From Centroscyllium fabricii (lineage: Eukaryota), in the NCBI GenBank assembly GCA_051313645.2, contig JBNRSN020000002.1, positions 554,776,001-554,840,000 of the forward strand: 64,000 nucleotides of DNA, read 5' to 3'. The notes beneath the pieces were generated by a model. That model did no database searches, was not told the origin of the DNA, and was given only the letters and a program-made list of their open reading frames with translations. Positions 22,995 through 35,600 of the stretch are shown here, one piece after another (the stretch's first letter is position 1; each line of letters starts with the position of its first letter). A program made the position numbers and the translations under genes.

Positions 22995-25900
22995 ATGGAG
23001 AGCGGCGCTGTGAAACCCGAAAAGCTGGATGTCAGTCCACAGGACCCAGCCGCCGCCAATACATTTGAACACTGGTTCAGTCTCGTCGAGGCCTACATGG
23101 AGGCCGCCAAGGCGACAACCAACGGGAACAAACTGCACGTTCTCACTTCAAGGATCTCCAGCCGGGTATACTCCTTCATCCGCGACGCTAAGACGTACAC
23201 TGAAGCTATGGAAAAACTGAAGGCATGCTACGTGCGCCCGGTCCACTCAGTCTACGTCAGACATGTGCTGGCGACCAGACCACAACTAGTGGGTGAGTCT
23301 AATGAACAGTACCTGTTGGCGCTACAAGCCCTTGTCCGGGCCTGTGACTGCAAGGCACGGACGGCACAAGAGGAGGCGAATCTCCTCGTCCGGGACGCCT
23401 ACGTAACGGGGATCAGATCCGCCCAGGCCCGCCAGCGGCTGCTGGAGAAAGAGACACTAATGCTGGAAGAGGCGATCTCCCTCTCCAACGCTGTGGATGG
23501 CGCGCGCCGCAGATTAGAGGCGTACAGCGGCCAAAACCCACACGCCACCTTCGACCCCTGGGCGGCCCCGCAACGGGTCGAGACCCCCACAATGGCAGCG
23601 GCAGCTGCAAAGACGCCGGCGGATAAGCAGTGTTATTTCTGCGGCCGGGGACTACACCCGCGAGCGAAATGCCCCGCGAGGACCGCGACCTGCGAGAACT
23701 GTACGAAAAAGGGACACTACGCCAGGGCCTGCAAATCGGCCCTGGCGCCCAGCTCCAGACACAACAGCGCGGCCTGCGAGAGCCCCAATGCCGGCCCTTG
23801 GCCTCAGGTAAGCTGCAGTTGCAGCGCGACCTAGCGACGGTCCGGGGGTAGGGTACAAGCGCCCTCGTCTCCCACCCTGAGACGGCGGAGGCCGGCCGCG
23901 CACACGGCAAGCCAAACTCGGCCACGGCCGGCCATGCGCGACCCCCCAACGCCGGCATCTCGCCCAGCACGGCCCGCTGCGTGCGAATCACAGGCGTCGC
24001 CAACCCAGCCACTGCGGCCCGCTGTGTGCAAACCACGGGCACCGCCACCACGCCCACAGTGGCTCACCGCGTGCGAATCACGGGCGCCGCCATCTTGTCC
24101 GCAGCGGCCAGCCATGTGCAACCCCCCAGCGCCGCCATCTTGTCTCCAGCGGCCAGCCATGTGCGACTCACCGGAGCCGCCACCTTGTCCACAGCGGTCG
24201 GCCATGTGCGAATCACGGGCGCCGCCATCTTGTGCACGGCCCCGGCTAGCGGAGGGCTCCCACACAAGCACACACACTTCGGCCTCAGCCACAGTCGACC
24301 AGGCTAGGCCGCACACCCTATCAAATTCCATGATGGGGATTAAAGTCAACGGCCATGCCACTAATTGCCTGTTCGACACCGGAAGCACAGAGAGCTTCAT
24401 CCACCCCGACACAGTGCGGCGCTACGGACTGCAGATCCTGCCCACACGCTACCAAATCTCCCTTGCTTCACAGTCCCACACGGCGGACGTCACCGGCTAC
24501 TGCTCCGTCACGCTCACAGTCAGGGACTGCGTGTACCGTAATTTTAAATTGTACATACTCCGGCAGTTGTGCGCCCCAGTCTTACTGGGACTGGATTTCC
24601 AGTGCCACCTGTAGAGCGTGACAATGGAGTTCGGTGGGACCCTGGCCCCACTCACCGTCAGTAGCCGGGACAATCCCTTCCTAAAGCGGAGCCCGACTTG
24701 CGGCCTTTCCACCCTGAAAGTCGACCCCCCCTCACTGTTCGCCAACCTCGACCCAAACTGCAAACCCATTGCTACTAAGAGTCGGCGTTACAGTGCAGGG
24801 GATTGGACATTTATCAGGTCGGAGGTCGGGCGTATGCTGCAGGAGGGGATAATTGAAGCCAGCACCAGCCCCTAGCGGGCCCAGGTCGTAGTGGTTAAGG
24901 CTGGTGAGAAACCGCGGATGGTGATCGACTACAGCCAGACCATTAACCGCTACACCGGGCTCGACGCCTACCCCCTTCCCCGCATCTCGGACATGGTAAA
25001 CCAGATCGCCCAGTACAAGGTGTTCTCCACAATCGACCTTAAGTTGGCGTATCACCAACTCCCGATCCGGAAAGCCAACGCCTTCGAGGCGAACGGTCGG
25101 CTCTACCACTTCCTCCGGGTCCCCTTCGGCGTGACCAACAGAGTGTCGGTATTCCAGAGGGAGATGGACTGCATGGTTGACCAGAACGGGTTGCAGGCCA
25201 CTTTCCCCTACCTGGACAACGTGACCATCTGCGGCCATGACCAGCAGGACCACGATGCCAACCTGGCCAAATTCCTCCATACGGTGAAACGGCTCGATCT
25301 CACGTATAATAAAGATAGGTGCGTCTTTAGTACAGATCGGCTCGCCATCCTCGGATACGTGGTGGAAAACGGGCTCCTCGGCCCCGACCCACAGCGTATG
25401 CATCCCTTACAGGAACTGCCCCTACCTCACAACCCCAAAGCCCTGAAGAGATGTCTGGGATTTTTCTCTTATTACGCGCAATGGGTTCCCCAGTTTGCGG
25501 ATAAGGCCAGACCGCTCCTCAAGGCTGCCGTCTTCCCCCTCTCGGTAGAAGCCCAAACAGCGTTCGCCCTGATTAAGGAAGATATTATCAAGGCGACCAT
25601 GCACGCCGTTGATGAGTCCATCCCTTTCCAGGTGGAGAGTGACGCTTCGGATTTGCCCTTGCCGCCACCCTGAATCAGGCAGGCAGGCCCGTAGCGTTTT
25701 TCTCCCGCACCCTACAGGGACCCGAAATTCGCCACTCTGCAGTGGAAAAGGAGGCCCAGGCCATCGTGGAGGCCGTGCGCTACTGGCGTCATTACCTGGC
25801 CGGTAAGCGTTTTACCCTGCTCACCGACCAACGGTCGGTCGCGTTTATGTTTAACAATAAACAAAAGGGTAAAATCAAGAATGATAAGATCCTGCGGTGG

Positions 25901-27239
25901 CGGATCGAGCTCTCGACTTACGAGTACGACATTCTTTACCGACTAGGCAAACTCAATGAACCCCCGGATGCACTGTCCAGGGGAACGTGCGCCAGTGCCC
26001 AGCTGGACCGGCTGAAGGAACTCCACGATCGCCTCTGCCACCCGGGTATCACCAGACTTGCCCATTTCGTTAAATCTCATAGCCTCCCCTACTCCATTAC
26101 GGAGATCAAGGCTATGACCCGAGAGTGCCCTGTTTGCACCGAGTGCAAGCCCCAATTTTACAGGCCAGACACGGCACACCTCATTAAGGCCACCCGCCCC
26201 TTTGAACGTCTAAGCGTGGACTTCAAAGGCCCCCTCCCCTCCACCGACCGCAACTCGTACTTCCTCACGGTCGTAGACGAGTTCTCCCGCTTCCCCTTCG
26301 CCTTCCCCTGCCCAGATATGACGAGTGCAACGGTGATCAAACACTTCACCATGCTGTTCGCCATTTTCGGTCTCCCCAGCTACATCCATAGCGACCGGGG
26401 GTCGTCGTTCATGAGCGACCAACTGCGCCAGTTCCTGCTTCAGAAAGGGGTTGCCTCAAGCTGAACGACCAGTTACAACCCCCGGGGGGAACGGCCAGGT
26501 AGAAAGGGAGAACGGGATCATCTGGAAGGCGGTCAGCCTGGCCCTGAAGTCCAGCGGCCTTCCAGTGTCCCGTTGGCAGGCAGTGCTCCCATTCGCGCTG
26601 CACTCGATCTGCTCTCTGCTGTGTACGGCCACCAACGCCACACCTCACGAATTGCTCTTTTCCTTCCCCAGGAAGTCGACTTCGGGGACAGCACTTCCAC
26701 CATGGCTCACGATGCCGGGGCCGGTCTTGCTTAGAAAGCATGTCCGCGGCCATAAGACCGACCCCCTGGTGGAAAAGATGCGGCTGCTGCACGCCAACCC
26801 GCAGTTCCCGGACGGGCGCGAGGACACAGTTTCCATCAGGGACCTAGCGCCCGCCGGGAACACCACAGCAGAGCCCCTGGTCGAGCCTCAGCCCAACCAG
26901 CCACTACCTACCGACCACTGGCCTATGCACCATCCACAACCCACCGGGTTTTGGCCTATGCACACACACACACCGGAGCCCCCGCCACTACCAGCCGAGG
27001 ACCAAGAACCGGACGCTGCACCGCAGGCACAGCAGCAGCCGGACGGCCCGGCCCCACCGCCACTACCGGAACCAACACCGACACTACCGGCACCAGCGCC
27101 GCCGACACTACCGGCACCAGCGCCGCCGACACTGCAGGCACCTGCACCGCTAACAGAGACCCGGCGGTCCTCAAGGCAGACGCGACCGCCGGTGAGACTT
27201 ATTATGAACTGCTCTGTCCATTCACCCTGCCGGACTTAA
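22995..27239 (+). pseudogene. Gypsy gag-pol pseudogene (double Zn knuckle, protease, RT, RNase H, integrase)
   Basis: CYFCG..H..C / CENC..GH..C, LFDTGS, YLDN, ESDAS, HPG..CPVC, DFKG, SDRG, NGQVER; several stops and frameshifts. Confidence 0.93.
23930..24240 (+). repeat. Degenerate 45-bp coding minisatellite in the gag-protease linker
   Basis: Repeated units such as AMCESRAPPSCPQRP. Confidence 0.8.
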
Positions 27240-27486
27240 TTTTCAAAGAAGGGGTGAATGTGGTAACCGTTATTACTGTTATTACCACTGTAATAGTAAA
27301 GCACAACACTGTACATAGTTTTGTGTTGCGACACTGTCGCGGGGTCAGGTCAGCCACACCTCTAACTCCTCCCCTCAGGTGAGTGCCTTATAGGTGGGGT
27401 CTGACCTGCCCCCATTCATTCTGTACCTGATGTTCGACCGGAGCGTAGCTCCTTTGTAAAGCTAATAAAAGCCTTTAGTTAAGGTA

Positions 27487-27923
27487 GTTTGGGGATGTAC
27501 ACACTGGAGTTTAGAAGATTGAGAGGGGATCTCATAGAAACATATAAAATTCTGACAGGCCTGGACAGACTAGATGCAGAAGGAATGTTTCCGATGGCAG
27601 GAGAGTATAGAACTAGGGGACACAGTTTAAGGATAAGGGCTAAACCATTTAGGACAGAGATGAGGAGGAATTTCTTCACCCAGAGAGTGGTGAACCTGTG
27701 GAACTCACTGCCACAGAGGGCAGTGGACGCCAGCTCATTAAACATATTTAAGAGGGAATTAGATATATTTCTGCAGGCAAAAGGGGTTAAAGGTTACGGA
27801 GAGAAGGCAGGGACGGGATACTGAACTGAAGGATCAGCCATGATCTCATTGAATGGCGGAGCAGGCTCGAAGGGCCGAATGGCCTACTCCTGCTCCTATC
27901 ATCTATGTATCTATGTATCTATG
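27487..27923 (+). mobile_element. CR1 3' fragment inserted in the Gypsy 3' LTR
   Basis: LEFRRLRGDLIETYKIL...RTRGHS...FFTQRVVNLWNSLP; (ATCTATGT)n tail. Confidence 0.9.
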
Positions 27924-28794
27924 TAACTACGCGTCTTTATATTATTGACGATACGGCACAAACCAAACCTGTGTCTTACTCGTTGGAGCTGCAAAAAGGC
28001 ACCAATCAATAATTAGGCTGGAAATGCAGGCATGGAGCAGTCATGCACAACATGACTAACTATAGCAACCTTGAAGGAGATCTGGATCACTTTACTTTCA
28101 CATTGATGCTAAGGTATCATACTGGGCGCTGACTTGAGTTTAGCCAGCCCTGAGTGATGTGCAATATCATATTGCTCAGGTTCCACCCTGCTTGCAGTAC
28201 CTCACTCCTTGGTAGATTACAAACTTACGATGCGCACGCGTTCCGACCCCTGAACCCTTCTGTCAGGGGATCGGAAGCGCTGGTTTTGCGTGCATGCGCT
28301 GTGCATGCACGAAACCAGCACGTTGGATGGGCCTACGCGTGAGTACCCAGCGCAGTGCTCACGCGTTCACAGCCGAATTTCTGGGCCAAAATTATTTTGG
28401 TTCAGTTATTATTTTTTTTAATTATTTTTCAGGCTTCATTAAAATGATTAAGCTAAAATCCAGGTGGCCCCACCAAAATGGTTCAAATTAGGCCCCGCAA
28501 TTGCTAAGGCCGGCCCTGATCTGCCATGTGTCTGCCCATTTCCACCCGTCTGTCTATGTCTTCCTGAAGTCTGTTGCTATCCGCCTCAATGCTTGCGACA
28601 TTTCCGAGACGAAGTTACGGAGTATGAACCTATAGCTCACCCTCCCGCCTCCACCACACTCCACTGCAAGTCTTCCAAAGGGATATTCTTAACTACAAGT
28701 AATGGGCGCCACAAACAAACACACAGCAATTCTTATAGCAAAGAGCATTGTGGAATTTGTGGATCATAAATTAAAAATTATTGGGTGTGATAGA

Positions 28795-29074
28795 TGTGGT
28801 AACCGTATTACCACTTGTATATAGTTACTTGTATAGTTGCGGGTGCATTGGCGGGACTTGTACACTGTGGGGTCACTTATATATAGATACTGTATGTAAG
28901 GCCAGGTCAGCCACACCTCTAACTCCTCCCCTCAGGTGGGAGCTTATAGGTAAAGTCTGCCCTGCCCCCGTTCATTCTCGCCTTGTGCTCGACGGAGACT
29001 AGCTCCATTATAAAGTTAATAAAAGCCTGTAGTTAAGGTAACTACTCATCTTTCGTATTATTGACGATACGTCA
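28795..29074 (+). mobile_element. Solo Gypsy LTR (family of the element at 1-822)
   Basis: TGTGGTAACC...GATACGTCA with 5-bp duplication ATAGA. Confidence 0.9.
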
Positions 29075-29379
29075 ATAGACATAGAAACATAGAAGATAGA
29101 AGCAGGAGTAGGCCATTCAATGAGATCATGGCTGATCTTCCAAACCCAGCACCCTGCCCCTGCCTTGTCCCCATATTCCTCGATCCCTATCGAGCCTGCA
29201 CCGACACATATCCCACCTTATCCCCGTAACCCCACATATTCAATCCCCCTAACACTAAGGGTCAATTTATCATGGCCAATCAACCTAACCCGCACATCTT
29301 TGGATGGTAATGGTGGGCCCTGACTCGCTGGTAGAGCTATAACAATCCCATTTAATAGCCAACAAGCTGCACTCAAAAA

Positions 29380-29716
29380 CAGCAACAACTTCCATTTAGA
29401 TAGCACCTTTAACGTAGTAAAACGTCTCAAGGTTCTTCACAGGAGTGCTTTGAAACAAAATTTGACACCGAGCCACATAAGGAGAAATTAGGGCAGGTGA
29501 CCAAAAGCTTGGTCAAAGAGGTCGTTTTTTTAGAAGCATCTTAAAGGAGGAGAGAGAGGTAGAGAGGCGGAGAGGTTTAGGGAGGGAATTCCAGACGTTG
29601 AGGCAGCTGATTGAGCGGCTGCCAACGGTGGAGCGATGATAACCGGAGATGCACAAAAGGCCAGAATTGGAGGCGCACAGAGATCTCAGAGGGTCATAGA
29701 GGAGGTTACAGAGATA
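29380..29716 (-). mobile_element. L2-type LINE 3' end, split by the Harbinger; continues at about 39953-40030
   Basis: SGLLCI..YHRST..GSRS..WNSLPKPLRLSTSLSSFK peptide; the two flanks join as GAGATAGGGAG...GGCCATGGAG. Confidence 0.65.
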
Positions 29717-30462
29717 GGGGGGGAACTTTCGTGTCCCCGGCGGGCGGGGTTTTGGGCGGGTGGGAGATGAAAATTCAACATTTTTGGTTCCCGCCTGTGG
29801 TGTAATCTGATAGCATAATGGCAAGGGGCATTATGGGAGGGTCAAAGGTCAAAGTGCATTACTTGAGGTTCCGGGTGACGGGGAACTGGAGGGAAACTGA
29901 AACCAAAAGTACTGTGTTAACGTGTGTTCTGGTTGCTGAAATAAAAGACACAAAAGATATACACTCTCTTGATGTTTTTGCCCACGCGCAAGTTTGAATA
30001 ATACGACACCGCCCAAGCCCGCCCATTTCCCGCCGGTTTCGAATTTTCCTCCCGACTTTGTTGGCGCCCCGAATCCGTCCCGCCGGCGCCCGGCGGGAAT
30101 GCTTGTTCAGGTCGTTAAGGGCCCTTAATTGGCATCAGTAATGCCATTTTAAGGGCCCATCGCCATTTTCATGCGTTTCACGCACAAATCCCGCCAAGAT
30201 AAACCCCGTCAGGTGAAACCCTTGTGTGAACTCCGTGGGACTGCTGAGTATCTGTGTCTGGTCACTCAATGAAGGTTCACATTTAATCAGCCATCATTCG
30301 CTTGGTCAAACACATTGTTGTCTCAGTCCTGGGGATATTAGCAACAGCCTTCAGCACACCTGTGGAAGGTTGAATCCTCAAACACTTCTGCAGTGTGACC
30401 TGGGAAAGCCCCCCCACCGCCCCTCAGTCAGTGCTTCCTCAGCCGAGGCTGCCAGCACAGCC

Positions 30463-31747
30463 ATGGGAGCCGTTTTCTTCCTTCCCTTCTTGGGATTACA
30501 TGATCTCTACCAGGAGCAGATGCGGCTACAGCAGCAACAGCACCAGCCACACCAGGAGCCTGACGCTCCTGCAGACCCTCCGGGGGCAGCATGGGCCAGA
30601 AGGCATCGGCGCATCCAAGGCCGTCACCACAGAAGATACCCCCCAAACAGGGTCTACAGAGTCCGAGCCACCTACCTCAACATGAGTGAGCGGCGGTGCC
30701 AAAGGCGACTCCGACTTTCCCGACAGGCAGTCACAGACATCTGCGCCATGCTGCAGCAAGAGCTGGAGCCCAGGACACCAGGTAGACATGCCTTACCAGT
30801 GGCCCTCAAAGTCACCACCGCACTCAACTTCTTTGCCTCGGGCTCATTCCAGGGATCAGCAGCCGACATCAGCGGAATCTCCCAGTCGGCCGCACACTCC
30901 TGCATCACCCAGGTAACTGATGCCCTCTTTGCCCGCGCCCACAATTTCATCCATTTTACCATGGATCGCGCAAGTGTGAGGGCCCGAGCGATTGGAATGG
31001 CTCGTCTGGCAGGCTTCCCAAGGGTACAGGGCATCATTGACTGCACACATGTGGCCCTTAGGGCACCCAACGACAACCCAGTAGCTTTTCTCAACCGCAA
31101 GGGCTTCCATTCACTCAATGTTCAACTGGTGTGTGACCACAACAAGGAGATTTTGCATGTGTGTGCCAGGTACCCTGGCAGCTGCCATGACTCCTATGTC
31201 CTGCACCAATCAACCTTGCCTACGCTCTTCACACCACCTTCCGGGGTGGCTACTTGGAGACAAGGGCTATCCCCTCAGGACGTGGCTCATGACGCCGGTC
31301 AGGAGGCCAGCCAATGAGGCTGAGGAGAACTACAACTCCAGACACATCTCCACCAGAAGCATTATAGAGCACACCATAGGCTTGCTCAAGATGCGTTTCA
31401 GATGTTTGGACAGATCAGGTGGAGCCCTGCAATACACCCCAGCCATGGTCTCCAGAATGGTAGTGGTATGCTGTCAACTTCACAACATGGCCCAGTGCCG
31501 TGGCTTGCAACCTCCTGACCAAGACCTGCCTCCTCGCATACCATCCTCAGATGAGGAGGAAGAGGAAGAGGAAGAGGAAGAGGAGGAGGAGGAGGAGGAG
31601 GAGGAGGAAGAGGAGGAAGAAGAGGAGGAGGTAGAGGAGGAGGAGGACGGGGTTGCTGCCGCTCGACCCCAGCCAGCGCCACCATTACGCGAGAACATTG
31701 CTGCCCGGCAAGCAAGGATGGAGCTCATTCTTGCTAAATTTTCTTAG
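30463..31747 (+). pseudogene. Harbinger DDE transposase with one frameshift (about 31245) and a poly-Glu tail
   Basis: [51 protein letters not shown]. Confidence 0.92.
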
Positions 31748-32640
31748 ACTACTCAAGCCAGCTTGTGTTACTCTCCTCATCCTAACAGCGCATCCTCAAT
31801 GACACACTCCAATCAGTTCCACAGCTCATACCTGCATGACCCCCACTACTGTAACGACATCTGTGGGGGGTGGGTGGGGGGGGGTTGGGGGAGTGTGAAT
31901 CGGTTGCTGCCAAGTGCCTGTGAAGGCTTTCTGTGCTCACGTATCCAGCCACGCCCCTGACGCACCACACATTTCTTTGATGAACATGGTCCCACCCAAA
32001 CATCCATCCATCCATCACATGCAATAATGAACACAGAAACATTCAAGGTTGCAACTGCAACATGCTGTTTAGTAAAGACATTAAGCAAACATGGCCACAT
32101 GCATGGTTGTTCAACTGATGACCAGCACTTATGAATCACTGCATTAATGATGTCCCAGGCATCTCAGCTGCAGACATGCAGGTTGAAACAGTCAAAATGT
32201 CATTATCAGCAATGCTGCACCTCAGCCAGTCCACTTTTGAGCTTGCAACTTCATATCCATTGTCAATCATGTTCCCCCCTCTCACGTGCTGCCCCTCCCT
32301 TTTCAAGAGTGACACATAATGACAAACCAGGGCAGCGCACCCGCACATGAGGCATGAGCTGTGGAGGGTGGTGAGGGTCAATGTCTGGTGGTTCTTCACC
32401 CACCTGATCTTGTTTGATGTGTCAGAGCTGAGGCATGCTGGCACCATGGCTCCTTGGCCATTCCATCAGGGTCAGGTGCTGTGAGGGGCCATTTGAAGCC
32501 AGATGATGTTGGATGCGTGGGTACTTTGGACAGTTGGCGCATCTTTTCTTTGCCCACGTCCATCCTTTTAAGGTTTTGTTCCTGTAAAGGTTCAGCACTG
32601 AGGCGTGTTTGCTGCTGTAGCGAAAACATCAGGTGGCTTG

Positions 32641-35600
32641 TGTGATAAACTATATATCACTGTATATAACGAACCACCTTGTAATACCTTGTAATACCTT
32701 GTAATACCTGTAATACCTTGTAATACCTGTATGGGATCCCAGGGACATACCTGGCGCCGCCCATGACTCCTCCCCCGCTGGAGGAGGTATATAAGAGACT
32801 GCTACCATCCCCCATGCCATTCTGGGGACAGTCAGCTCTGTTGAGTATTGCTAAACGTAGTTAATAAAAGCCTGATTATTATAACCAACTATTCGACTCC
32901 GAAGACGTTATTGACGGTTACAATTTTATTAACTACTGGAAATGGATACTACAATGTTGAAACCATCAGTGTTCGAAGTTGACCCCCGATCGCCTGGAGC
33001 ATCAAACGCTTTCTCACACTGGCGAAATGTACTTGAAGGATACGTTAGAGCCAACGCAGCGGTCATACTGACCGAGGAGCAAAAACGACGGCTCCTCCAC
33101 GCCCGGGTGGGCCCGCAAGTATATTCGATGATAGTGGACGCCCCATCATTCCAAGAAGCCCTCAGGATCCTCGAGGCGGAATACAATCGGGCACCAAACA
33201 GAGTCCACGCGAGACATATACTTGCCACCCGAAAATAACAGAATAACGAATCGAGTGTGCAGTTCCTAAGAGCCCTCAGAACTCTGGCACGGGATTGTGA
33301 CTGCAGAGCGCAAACGGCCCTAGTGCATATGGAGAGTCTCATCAGGGATGCCTATGTAACAGGCCTGAAATCGGACTATGCTAGACAAAGACTGCTAGAG
33401 CAGAATGGCCAGGACTTACAGGCCACTACAGATTTGGGACACGCGCTAGATAGCGCCTCTACGGATTTATCATCCTACTCTAGTAACTATACGGGCCCAG
33501 CCCCGCAATCTTGGACAGTACTGGCGCAAAGACCGCCAGAGGAACTTCTCACAGCGGCACACGCTAAAGCTAAATGCTACTTCTGTGGGCAACCACAGCA
33601 TCCAAGACGCAGCTGCCCCGCAAAAGAAGCAATCTGCTCCAAGTGCGACAAAAAAGGACACTATGCGAAGGTCTGCAAAGGCCCAAACGTTAAATCAAGA
33701 CTGGGCAGCGCTGCATGTGGAACAGGGGAGCAGCAATATCGGGCTCACCCATCCCCCACTCGGCAGCACTCAAGGCAGCAACAGCACCCATCCCCCACTC
33801 AACAGCACAGCACATGGCGGCAGCCATCTCAGGAAGCTGATCTGGAGGACTACTCTCCGGATCAAAATAACTACTCTCCGGACCAAGATAACTACTCTCC
33901 GGATCAAGACTTTGCGGAGGACCTGGTACTAGCATCCGTGAGCCTAGACCAGAGGAAAATCCAGCCACTAGAGAGGTCGATGATGCCGGTGGAAGTTAAC
34001 GGTGAAGAGGTGATGTGCCTGTTCGACAGTGGGAGCACAGTAAGTTTTGTTCACCAGAATACTGTAAAGCGCCTCTCCCTTAAAGTAATCCCTGCGCGCC
34101 AGAGAATATCTATGGCGTCAAAGTCAGAATCCGCTGACGTCACCGGGCGCTGTATTGTAACTCTTAATGTACAGGGGGCAATGTTTAATGATTTTAGTTT
34201 TTACGTGCTGCCGCAGCTCTGCGCCCCCCTACTCCTGGGACTGGATTTCCAGTGCCATCTTCGGAGCGTTACGATGGCATTCGGTGGACCCCTTCCCCCT
34301 CTCACGGTCACAAACCGCGGCTCAAAGCGGCACCCCCAGTACACTACCTGTGGCCTCTCAACCCTTAAGGTTGCCCCTCCATCCCTCTTTGCCAATCTCA
34401 CCCCAGACTGTAAGCCCGTCACCACCAAGAGTAGGCGCTACAGTGCTGGGGACATGGCATTTATAAAATCTGAGGTGCAGCGCCTCCTAAAAGAAGGGGT
34501 CATAGAGGCCAGTAATAGCCCTTGGAGAGCACAGGTAGTCATGGTGAAAACCGGGGAGAAGAATAGGATGGTAGTGGATTACAGCCAGACCATAAACCGG
34601 TTCACCCAATTAGATGCCTACCCCCTTCCCCGGATAGCGGACATGGTGAACCAAATCGCCCAGTTTAAAGTGTTCTCAACCATTGACCTAAAATCTGCTT
34701 ATCACCAGCTCCCCATCCGCTCACAGGACCGTCTTTATACTGCTTTTGAGGCTGACGGCCGCCTCTACCACTTCCTTAGGGTGCCGTTCGGAGTCACGAA
34801 CGGGGTCTCGGTCTTCCAAAGGGAGATGGACCGAATGGTCGATCGGTACAGGCTGCGAGCGACCTTCCCGTACCTTGATAATGTGACCATCTGCGGCCAT
34901 GACCAGCAGGACCATAACACCAATCTCCAAAAATTTCTCCACACAGCCAAAACCCTGAATTTAACGTATAATAAGGAGAAATGTGTGTTTAGCACCACCC
35001 GCCTCGCCATCCTCGGCAACGTGGTGGAAAATGGAGTCATCGGTCCAGACCCGGACCGCATGCGCCCCCTCATGGAGCTTCCCCTCCCCCACTCCCCCAA
35101 ATCTCTTAAACGGATTTTGGGATTCTTTGCCTATTATGCCCAGTGGGTCCCCAATTACGCGGACAAAGCTCGCCCACTATTAAAATCAACCTCTTTCCCA
35201 CTTTCTGCAGAAGCCAACTCGGCATTCTGCAGAATTAAAAAGGACATAGCCAAAGCCACGATGCACGCTGTGGATGAGTCCGTCCCATTCCAAGTGGAAA
35301 GTGATGCATCTGACTTTGCCCTGGCCGCCACCCTAAACCAGGCGGGCAGACCCGTGGCCTTCTTTTCACGTACCCTCCAAGGCCCAGAAACCCGCCATTC
35401 CTCAATTGAAAAGGAGGCCCAAGCCATTGTTGAAGCAGTGCGGCATTGGAAGCACTACCTGGCCGGCAAGCGTTTTACCCTGTTGACTGACCAACGCTCA
35501 GTCGCTTTTATGTTCAACAACAAAGAGCGGGGTAAGATCAAGAACGACAAAATACTAAGGTGGAGAATTGAACTATCAGCGTTCAATTATGATATTTTGT

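Larger units (their letters stand above)
22710..27958 (+). mobile_element. Full-length Gypsy LTR retrotransposon (decayed); LTRs 22710-22970 and 27259-27958
   Basis: Near-identical LTRs, 5-bp duplication CAAAC, PPT AAAGAAGGGGTGAA; the 3' LTR is interrupted by a CR1 fragment. Confidence 0.95.
22595..28518. mobile_element. Non-autonomous hAT element (about 670 bp net) carrying a full Gypsy insertion
   Basis: TIR CAGGGCCGGCCTTAG...CTAAGGCCGGCCCTG with 8-bp duplication ATCTGCCA. Confidence 0.88.
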
